The notes under the pieces were generated by a model. It saw only the letters and a list, made by a program, of their open reading frames with translations. It was not told the DNA's origin and made no database searches. Made by a program: the position numbers and the translations under genes. DNA of 22,472 nt from Candidatus Thorarchaeota archaeon. GTDB lineage: Archaea; Asgardarchaeota; Thorarchaeia; Thorarchaeales; Thorarchaeaceae. Location of the stretch: assembly GCA_016933575.1 (NCBI GenBank), contig JAFGAR010000162.1:1-22472 (forward strand), read 5' to 3'. Of this stretch, positions 1-9,500 are shown piece by piece; the first letter of the stretch is position 1, and every line of letters starts with the position of its first letter.

Positions 1-300
1 TACCGTCCCGAATAGAATGCGAAGAGATGCGTGAACGCCCGTTCCAGCTGCCAGTCAGCTCCAGGCTCATAGAACTCAGGTATATCCAAGTCCTCCTTTC
101 CCTCAGCGATTGCTTCTCTGACAAGACTTCGTAATTTCACAAGAAAGTCAAGATGCTCCTGTAGGTGTGATTTGCCAACAACCTCCCCATGACCTGGAAC
201 AACAAAGTCTACATCAAGTTTCATGGATATGCTCAAGAGACCCGATCCAAGAATCAGGATTTCCAGTATAATCACTGATAAACGGCACAGAATAAGAGTA
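1..300 (-). pseudogene. C-terminal remnant of an MBL-fold metallo-hydrolase (5'-truncated, frameshifted)
   Basis: Manual translation gives ...VPFISDYTGNPDSWIGSLEHI, then after a 1-nt shift at ~225 MKLDVDFVVPGHGEVVGKSHLQEHLDFLVKLRSLVREAIAEG...FYSGR to the window edge. 'W..SL..I..LD...VVPGHG' is the typical MBL C-terminal motif. The upstream frame is closed by TAA at ~334-336 and no HxHxDH motif is present. Confidence 0.75.
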
Positions 301-319
301 TTGACTTGTGTAGATGTAC

Positions 320-592
320 TCAGGTCTTGAGCCTTATCTTGGGCGTGAGTCTTACGCACTCAATCATTGATTCAAACTCAGCTATGGTCTTCTCTGCCTT
401 CCTCTTTGTTACTCTTAATCTACGGTCCCCATTGGTCTGATATGGTCCCAGAACTACCACTTTGGTTTCGAGCTCGCCAATAGATTGATTGACTTGCTTA
501 GAAGTTGTTTTGAGTTTCTCTTCCAATTCACTAAAACGAATCTCTCGATTATCGATACCAATCGAACTGAGTTCCTCCAAGAACTTCATCAC
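320..592 (-). CDS. C-terminal fragment of the WD40/helical-module gene (in frame with 656..2047)
   Basis: Separated from 656..2047 only by one TAA and 21 open codons. KVVVLGPYQTNGDRRLRV matches KKVELGPIANEDDARLTV in the 2137-aa protein. Confidence 0.55.
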   Translation of the reverse strand: MMKFLEELSSIGIDNREIRFSELEEKLKTTSKQVNQSIGELETKVVVLGPYQTNGDRRLRVTKRKAEKTIAEFESMIECVRLTPKIRLKT

Positions 593-655
593 CCTACCTG
601 ACCCCTCAAAGAATTTGTACAGTGAAACCTTGGATTCTAGACGTGATACCAGCTT

Positions 656-2047
656 TTAATGATCAACAGGACCAAGTACACTCTTAGTCTTTTTCGATGA
701 CTGAAGGGATTTGATCAACACTGAAAACATATCGAATCCACTTGCGTAGTCACCCTCCTCAAAGTGTGCATCTGCTTTGGTTTCACTCTTTGCAACGTAG
801 TCAAAAAGATCCGCTGGCTCTGAGAGATTCTCAACTTCCTTAAAGACGACTTCAAAGACCATATCTTCCATCTCAAAGATTTCCTCTGTAGTTACAACAG
901 AGAAATATCCAAGGGTATCGCCAAATACCACAAGGTGGTCATCATCAAGAGAACTACGGATTTTGGGCATAGCACTATTTTTGGAATCCATATGGGTAAC
1001 AAGAATAACACTGCCGTCAGCAGGAAGTGGTCCCAGTCTTCCTGAGCTTCGAGAAGGCATATCTGCAACTTCCTCGGAATAACTAAGATCATCAATTTTC
1101 CATCTTCTCTTTGACCCAGAACCAGTTTCTGCATACACATAATCTTCATCGAGCTCGAGACCGATAATCGAACGAGAGGTGAAGAAATCACAGGAATCCC
1201 CCAATTCAAGCTGCTGAATCAATTTCCACTTGTCGCCTCTCCACTTAGGAGTACCCTTGTATACTTTAATCAGTCCCGAATCAAAACCACAGAATAAGAG
1301 CCTATCATATTCACCCCATTTATCACCCTCAAGAAGATATACAGCTAATGCCTTGATATCACTAAATCCTTCCTTACCTTGTAGTTGCTGAGCACGCTTC
1401 CCAGTTTCTTTATCAAAAATACTTACACCGCCACTCTCAGAAACATAGAGGTACTTTTCATCGGTAGACATAGCACCAATCCAATAACCGACTTCAGCGA
1501 TTGTTACAATAGGATTGGAGAATGCGAGTCCTGATATATCCCATATTCTAACGGAAGAATCAGAAGAAGCAGTAAAGGCATGCATTCCATCAGTAACAAC
1601 CAACTTGATTTCACTTGTGTGTCCTTTCAATTCTTCTAGTTTCCATTGAATCCCATCTTTCTCCTTAACCCAGTGCCTAAGAACACCATCCTTACAACCA
1701 CCCAGAACATGATCTTTATTGTAGAATTCATCAGTATGAAAAGCAACAGAATTGAGCTTCTTTTCGTGCCCTTTGATAGATTCATAGATTTCAAAATCAT
1801 CAGTACTTACAATCTCAATTGAGCCATCAGAAAGGCCGCAGTATATGTAATCGTCATCAACATGTATTTGTGTTATCCAAGTAAAACTGAATCCTTCTAC
1901 AAAATTAATTTGCTCCTTTTTTTCAAAAACCCAATTATCATAGATCTTTAGAGTCGAAGAAGGAGTGAGATACAGTCTATGCTCATCAGCTGCCATGGCA
2001 AAAAATCTTGATATTCTTCGGCGTCCATCGTTTTTATATGAGTCCAA
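656..2047 (-). CDS. WD40-repeat protein, middle fragment
   Basis: Canonical WD40 units GHEKKLNSVAF... and GHTSEIKLVVTDGMHAFTASSDSSVRIWDI, plus several D[DE]xY[IL]Y blades, followed by a helical segment (PADLFDYV...EEGDY). Confidence 0.75.
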   Translation of the reverse strand: MDSYKNDGRRRISRFFAMAADEHRLYLTPSSTLKIYDNWVFEKKEQINFVEGFSFTWITQIHVDDDYIYCGLSDGSIEIVSTDDFEIYESIKGHEKKLNSVAFHTDEFYNKDHVLGGCKDGVLRHWVKEKDGIQWKLEELKGHTSEIKLVVTDGMHAFTASSDSSVRIWDISGLAFSNPIVTIAEVGYWIGAMSTDEKYLYVSESGGVSIFDKETGKRAQQLQGKEGFSDIKALAVYLLEGDKWGEYDRLLFCGFDSGLIKVYKGTPKWRGDKWKLIQQLELGDSCDFFTSRSIIGLELDEDYVYAETGSGSKRRWKIDDLSYSEEVADMPSRSSGRLGPLPADGSVILVTHMDSKNSAMPKIRSSLDDDHLVVFGDTLGYFSVVTTEEIFEMEDMVFEVVFKEVENLSEPADLFDYVAKSETKADAHFEEGDYASGFDMFSVLIKSLQSSKKTKSVLGPVDH

Positions 2048-2721
2048 TCAGACATTGAATATACTTCAACTTTCGAACGTCCATGACAGATGTATAATTT
2101 GTCAGCTCCATCTGATAACCATATTGTTTCTCCGAACTCAAAATCAAAACTTCTTACTAATTTCCAGCTCCCCTTCTTGAGAATATTTATCTTTCCTCTA
2201 TCACCGATTGCGAAAAGGAGGCTGGAATTAGATTTAGAAAACCTGAGAGATTCAATACCGCCGAAAGCCCATTCATCTTCATTGACTTTTATCTCAGACA
2301 CTAGCGAACGTCTGGTTTTGTCATATATCTCAACTATGCAGTCATCATAGCCCAAATAGATGGAATTCTCGTCAACTGTGAAAGATCTAATATAACGAAT
2401 AGTAGGAAATTCACTTTCTTTTTTTTCTCTTGGAGGCAGGATAAAAGAATGACGCCAATCTCGTTTCGACCATCCATGCACCATGCCATTGCACATCGTG
2501 TAGACAAAATCATCGTCAACATCAATGCGGGTTACGGATTGTGGATGCCGCAGAACCGCGATTGTATCCAGACTATCAACTTCCCTTACTATCACTACAG
2601 CATTTTGATCCCGACCAGCTGAGGTGTAGAGATAGGACTCATCAGTTGTGATGCATGTGATTTCCTCACCATGACCATCCTCAAGGTGAACGATTGAACC
2701 AAATCTTAAAGGCCGACTCAT
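1948..2721 (-). CDS. WD40-repeat protein, N-terminal fragment
   Basis: GHGEEITCITTDESYLYTSAG, VTRIDVDDDFVYT and IRSFTVDENSIYLGYDDCIVEIYD blades. ATG at 2721 is preceded by GGGAG. Confidence 0.75.
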   Translation of the reverse strand: MSRPLRFGSIVHLEDGHGEEITCITTDESYLYTSAGRDQNAVVIVREVDSLDTIAVLRHPQSVTRIDVDDDFVYTMCNGMVHGWSKRDWRHSFILPPREKKESEFPTIRYIRSFTVDENSIYLGYDDCIVEIYDKTRRSLVSEIKVNEDEWAFGGIESLRFSKSNSSLLFAIGDRGKINILKKGSWKLVRSFDFEFGETIWLSDGADKLYICHGRSKVEVYSMSDWTHIKTMDAEEYQDFLPWQLMSIDCISLLLRL

Positions 2722-2886
2722 TGATTACACGCTCCCTGTAACGTGTTGAATACACTACCTTTTATCAAATACTTAATAGAGAGAGATATTTTGTGACTCT
2801 ACCGGGCATATAACTGCAGTTCGAGAATACACTAATTCGATATGGGGTCATGTAATAGAACTCGCTTAGTTAAGGAATTAGTGGTG

Positions 2887-3504
2887 TTAATAGACTTTGA
2901 AAAAATCCAGAAATTTCCCAAAATTTCTCTGTACTCCAAAGATATCTCGTAGCACCTTTTCGATGAGATATGTACAAGAAAGTGCTTCTGTCATGTTCTT
3001 CCCAAGAATTAGAGTTCCATGATGAGCCATAAAAACTGCATTTCGATCCTTTAGGGCGTGTATAGTCTTTTCAATCATCATTTTAACCGAGTAGCGAGGA
3101 TAGTAGGCTACGCGTATGTTTGGTCCTATTATCGGTATTATGTCCTTAGGAATTCTTGAAAGCTCACCATCAACAAGAATTAGAGATGGTATTGTTGTTG
3201 AATTCGAATGTATAATGACTTTTATGTCAGACCGTACATGATAGATTACAGTATGGAGCTTGAATTCAATAGTATCCTTAGTGTGATTATCCATAGTAGA
3301 TTCAGCTTTATCAAACTCCGCACATATTATCTGCTCAGTAGTTATGTTCTCATAGCTCATACTGGAAGGTGTGATTGCCATGGTTGAATGATCAATTCTA
3401 AATGAGATACTTCCCCAAGGGCCACGAGCTATACCATCAGCAATAAGGCGTTTCCCAGCATTACAAATAAGGAGCTGAGCTTCACTGACCTTCATTCCTG
3501 ACAC
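2887..3504 (-). CDS. Class II aldolase/adducin family protein (FucA/AraD-like fold, degenerate active site)
   Basis: Motifs G..GSISFR, AITPSS, E.KLHTVIYHVRSDIKVIIHSNS and VFMAHHGTLILGKNMTEAL follow the class II aldolase pattern (GNiS.R, TPSG, SSE...H..iY, HxH, NHG). Start is GTG 3504 or ATG 3495. Confidence 0.85.
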   Translation of the reverse strand: MSGMKVSEAQLLICNAGKRLIADGIARGPWGSISFRIDHSTMAITPSSMSYENITTEQIICAEFDKAESTMDNHTKDTIEFKLHTVIYHVRSDIKVIIHSNSTTIPSLILVDGELSRIPKDIIPIIGPNIRVAYYPRYSVKMMIEKTIHALKDRNAVFMAHHGTLILGKNMTEALSCTYLIEKVLRDIFGVQRNFGKFLDFFKVY

Positions 3505-3563
3505 ACAGCAACTAATTCAAAGCTGGAATCTATATATGCATTTATAGAAGGATTGAAACCAAC

Positions 3564-6500
3564 TCAACGTAAATCACGAATCTTTTTCATCAGATCACGG
3601 ATCGTTTTAATAGTGCCGCTGATGCTGTAGTGAAGCGACAATGCTTCCGCTTGCTTAAGATTGGTGACATTGGTTGCTTTCAAATCCCAATATTCTCTTG
3701 ATTCGATATTCATGGATCTCAATCTGATGAGGGAGTCTTGCGCTTGTGTGATATATCCTCTCACTGTGAGGCGAGCGTCGTCTTCATTTGCGATAGGACC
3801 CAACTCGACTTTCTTTTCGAATCGTTCCTTAATGGATTGATATTCACTCAATAGATTGTTTACTCTATCATGTAGAGGGGATATTTCAGCCCATATGGAT
3901 GGATACGCTTCCAGAGTATCCTTGGTGTTTTCGCTCTCTTCAATTGCTTTCTTCAAGATATCTATTCTCTCTTCAAGAGTCACACCAGATGAAGTTGATT
4001 TTTTAAGAGCATCTTCGAGAGAATGCTTGGTATCTAGCGATAATGCTTCTGCTCGCATTTCCTCTAGTTGCTTTTGAAATGAAGTGGTCTTTTCTCTAAT
4101 TTGATCCTTTAGTTGATCAAGTTCGGATTTTGAGTCAATAGATAGAGGGAGTCGCTTTTCGAACGCATCCAAATCTGATTTGGAAGAATGGAGTTTCTGT
4201 AACAGATCATGAATATCATTGGGCGATTCTATGTTAGAATCAAGCATGTGGTGAATTGATTGGATCTTGCTTTTGAGTTGTTCATGATGTTCGGATTCCT
4301 GATTCACGGTGATCTCAAGTTTCCTTACCAGTTCGTCTAAATCGCTTTTCACTGCAGTTGCTTGCGCTACAATCTCTGGTTGATCATATTCCGAAGCTGC
4401 TCGATAGGATTCATTGACGAATTTGAAAGCATCAGCAGAAAGATCATTCAATTTTCCTGAGGCTCTCCATTGAGAGGCTTCTGAGGTACTCATGGCCCCG
4501 AAATTGGATAGTTGCTTGTAGAAATTCTGAGCCTTTCTGAGAAGAGATTTCGCATAGGATATCTGATAGTGTGATTGTACCCTTTGAGCTAGATTCTCAG
4601 GAACTTCCGATCCGAATTGCTTCAAAGCAGAAGATTGTTCTTCTACATGTGTTTCCAGAACACGAAGATGATATATTGCATCATCGAATAATTCTTGATT
4701 GACTAATTTCTCACATTCCTCCAACTCAGATGTGATCCAATTGAAGATGTGTCGAGGAGAGTCAGGTTTTCCATTAGCAAGCTCAGGAAATCGTAGCCAT
4801 GGTTTGCGCTTGAGTTCCTCTTCTTTTCGTGCCTCTTCTGCTTTTATCGCCTGCTGCTTGTTCAGTTCTTCAAGTAGTCTAGTTACTTCAGCAATCTGGA
4901 AGTGAAGCTCCTGCAGCTGATCAGGAAACTCGACCAAAATCGGGTCCTGCTGCTCTAATTCCCACTCGAATTTCTGAACATGCTCCAATCGATCCTCAAT
5001 CGGTTTGGTATCATCCCTAGAGTACTCAGTAACTTCTATGAGTCTTCGATCAATTTCATCTATAGTCCGAGCAGCCTTCAAGCGACGAGCTTCTCTCTGA
5101 TGTTGCCTAATACCGCGAGAACCATATCCGACTCCAATGATTGCCACAATTCCCAATAGAAGGATAATGATACTATCTGTATTGAGAGCTAAGACCTGTA
5201 CAAGAGGCATCTGCGGATCGTTTGGATCAAATCCATTCTGGACCTCCCAATAATCGGAAGCACCATCACCATCAGAGTCTGTAAGCCCAGGATTCGAGCC
5301 TGCAGTATATTCTTGAAGATTGGTCAGGCCATCCCCATCAGCATCCAGTGAAGCATCATCCACAGTGGGATTCAATCCATTCAATACTTCCCATCCATCA
5401 GGCATTGAATCAGAATCTGTATCGCTATCTCCAGGATCTGTCAGGTTGGCATACTCCTCAGCGTTCGTCAGATCATCATCATCAGGATCGAATCCGCTAT
5501 CATCAAGTAGCGGATTCAAGTCGTGCTCGTATTCCCAACCATCAGGCATAGAGTCGGAATCCGAGTCCGCAGATATTGGACTTGTTCCTATCGTATACTC
5601 TTGATAGTTCGATAGTGCATCTAGATCCATATCTGAGTCAGCATCGTCTACTAATGGATCCAAATCATACTGCATTTCCCATCCATCAGGCATGAGATCA
5701 TCATCACTATCATTATCTGTTGGATCAGTATGATTTTGATACTCGACTAGATTGGGTACTCCATCCGAATCCGTATCCAAAGCAGAATCATTCGACAATG
5801 GGTCAAGAGAATAACTCACTTCCCAGCCATCGGGCATGAGATCTGAATCAGTATCATTGCTACCGGGATGGGTTTGATAGCCATATTCCTGCAGATTAGT
5901 CAATTCGTCTTCATCTAGATCCTCACCAGCATCATCTGAGAGGGGATCCAAATTGTAGTGTACTTCCCACCCGTCAGGCATCAAATCATCATCGGAATCA
6001 GCATCATCAGGAAATGTTTGATGTTCATACTCGTCACGATTTGTTAGAAGATCATTGTCAGGATCTGCTAGGGAGTCATCGACCAATGGTAGTAGTCCGT
6101 ACTGCACTTCCCAACCATCAGGCATATGATCAGAATCAGTGTCGTTGTTTCTCGGGTCTGTGTTATAGAAATATTCCAATTCATTGATGAGAGCATCATA
6201 GTCATTATCATCCATGGCGTCTGTAGCATTCAAGGGATCAAGTAAATGAGCAATTTCCCAGCCATCAGACATGGTATCCATGTCGGAGTCGTTACTCGTA
6301 GGAATAGTATGGTAGACATTTACTTCATCTCCATCACTTACGAGATCTGAATCAGTATCATTATTTCTAGGTGAAGTGGAGTAGCTTAGCTCGTAGAGGT
6401 TCTCAAGTCCATCAGAGTCCGCATCATTCATGGAATCATTCGTAAGTGGGTCTAAGTTGTAGAGTACTTCCCAGCCATCGGGCATGAGGTCTGAATCTGT

Positions 6501-9500
6501 GTCGTTACAGTGTGGATTCGTTGTGTGTTGATATTCATCAAGATTCGATAGTGTATCAAGATCAGGATCGTTGGTCGAGTCGTCTATAGTCGCATTGAGT
6601 GAATTAGCCACTTCCCAACCATCAGGCATCAGATCATTATCACTATCTGCATCTATCGGACTTGTGTTATGTTGGTATTCTGCAAGATTCGAAAGGCCAT
6701 CTGCATCTGCATCCAATGCGGCATCAGTCGAGTTATCAGGATCCAAGAAGTATTGAACTTCCCATCCATCTGGCATCTGGTCCGAATCAGTATCGTTGTT
6801 ATCAGGGTCAGTACCATAGGTCAGAACTTCGAGTCCGTCATCGAGATTATCTGAGTCGCTATCCGAGGAATTTGGATCAGTCCCATAGATGTTGATCTCC
6901 TGACCATCTGTTAGGTTATCATCATCGGAATCACTATCATTTGGATTAGTACTATAGGTATAGACTTCCGCCCCATCATCGAGATCATCCGAATCTGTGT
7001 CATTGTTTGATGGATTCGTATTCCACTCATGTTCTAGTAGATTTGTGAGTCCATCTGTATCAGGATCATCTCCTGAATCATCAAAGAGAGGATTGAGACC
7101 GTTTGTGACTTCCCAACCATCGGGCATCAAATCGTTCTCTGAATCATTATCATTCGGATCTGTCCCATTGCTATACTCAGCAAGATTGTTCAAGAGATCG
7201 TTATCCGGATCTTCTGATGAGTCATCTATCAATGGATTAAGAGTGTTTATTACCTCCCACCCGTCGGGCATCTGGTCCGAATCAGTATCGTTGCTACGGG
7301 GATTTATGTTGAGATTGTACTCCTGAAGATTCGTTAACGTGTCAGCATCAGGGTCTCCTGCAGAATCATCTGATAGCGGGTTCAGGTCATATTGTACCTC
7401 CCAGCCATCAGACATCAAATCAGAATCTGTGTCATTGTTATTTGGAAATGTCCCGTTTAGGTACTCGCCTAAGTTGGATAAACCATCAAGGTCTAAATCT
7501 AACTTTGCATCTGACGAGTTGAGGGGATTTAGCGAATAATCATGTTCCCAGTCATCTCTCATACCATCTGCGTCTGAATCATCATCTCTCGGATTCGTGC
7601 CTAGAGTATATTCCTCAATATTCGTCAATGTGTCGGTATCGGGGTCTCCGCCTGAATCATCACTTAGTGGATTCAATGAATATTGGATTTCCCATCCATC
7701 AGGCATGCCATCAAGTTCAGAATCGGTTGAATTGGGTTTAGTTCCAAGTTGGAATTCATCTAGATTGGAAAGAGTATCAAAATCAAGGTCTCCTCCGGAA
7801 TCATCAATGAGAGGATCGAGAGAATAGGCGACTTCCCATCCGTCATCCATTTGATCAGAATCAGTATCATTGCTCCGGGGATTAATTCCCAAATTATACT
7901 CCTGCAGATTTGTGAGAGTATCAGAATCCGGGTCCAGTCCAGCATCATTAACGAGTGGATCTAGTGAATTTCCTACTTCCCAGCCATCTGGCATAAAGTC
8001 CGAATCTGTGTCGTTGTTGTGGGGATTTGCATCATTAAGGAACTCGTTATAGTTAGATAATAGATCATTATCTGGATCATCAGCGCTGTCATCAATGAGA
8101 GGTAGGAGTCCGTTGATCACCTCCCACCCATCAGCCATCAGATCCGAATCCGTATCGTTATTCCACGGATTGGTGCTATTCCCATATTCATACAGATTTT
8201 GAAGATCATCGGAATCAGCATCAAGTAGCGCATCGTCTGAATCAATTGGATCGAATGAATTTGTCACTTCCCAACCGTCGGGCATATGATCTAAGTCCGT
8301 GTCGTTACTAAGCGGATTCGTTGAATAGGTAATGATTTCCTCCCAATCTGAGAGAGAATCATCATCGGAATCACTCTCCAAGGGATTTGTGTTATATTGA
8401 ACTACCTCTATACCATCAGGTAAATTATCATTGTCACTGTCCGAATCGTCAGGGTCTGTGCCAAGAACACTTTCTGTATATTCCGATAGAAAGTCATCAT
8501 CAGAATCAACGAAAGCTACATTCCTTGTTCGTTGGAAATCCCCACCATTTCCTTGCCAAAAGGCACGAAAGCCAGCATCCGATATATCAAGAACATAAAT
8601 GTCACCAGTAATGTCAGCGAAAACGACCTCAATGCGACCATCCAAATCAAGGTCGTACAGAGTTGGTGCCGCAAATATCATATTCCCTGCTGTGTAGTTC
8701 CAGAGCATCCTACCATTGGAGCCATTCAATGCATGCAGCAGTTGATTATTACTGCCGATGATGATATCCAGAGAATTGTCGCCATTTACATCCCCAAGAG
8801 CTGGTCCATTTGTCCACATAAACTCCCCAATCGCACGTTTCCATACCTCTGAGCCATCCTCGCCATTCAACACGTGCAGCCAATCATCAGTACCAGCAAC
8901 GACTACCTCAAGTTTACCATCATTATCGACATCACCGAGAGCCGGAGAAGCTGATGTGGCACAGGTGGCATTCCAAAGGGATGAGCCATCCTCAGCATTG
9001 ATCGCATAGAGCTTGTTATTGACATCAGCGCAAATCACTTCTGGTTTGCCATCACCATCAACATCGCCAACCACAGGAGAGCTTTCAATGGTGTTCAACG
9101 CCTGAAAGGACCAGATGATATTCCCAGTTTGCCCGTTACGAGCTCGTATCCAGTAATCACGATTTGCAGATATCACCTCGAGAGTTCCATCATTATTGAT
9201 ATCGACAATTGCAGGAGATGCTTGGAAATAATCAGTTTCGGATTTCACCCAATAGCTATTCCCATTTTCTCCTTGGACTGCACGAATGTAGTCATCGCCG
9301 GTACCAAACACGACCTCCAATTTACCATCCTTGTCTAAATCAGCAAGTGCTGTCGATGATATAATGCCGTTGGAGTAACTATTACACCATAACTCGGACC
9401 CAGATTCGCCATTGATAGCAAACACTTTTTCAGCAACATCTCCTGCGAGTATCTCCGGCTTCGAATCACCATCAACATCTCCGACAGCTATCGGGCTATC

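Larger units (their letters stand above)
320..2721 (-). pseudogene. Interrupted ~800-aa WD40 beta-propeller protein with a C-terminal helical module shared with the neighbouring surface proteins
   Basis: ORFs 1948..2721, 656..2047 and 320..592 join into one frame. Adding one T to the T6 run (A6 at + 2000-2005) gives ...DAEEYQDFFAMAADEHRLY. The TAA at 656-658 is followed in frame by KLVSRLESKVSLYKFFEGSGRVMKFLEEL. No signal peptide or TM segment seen. Confidence 0.75.
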
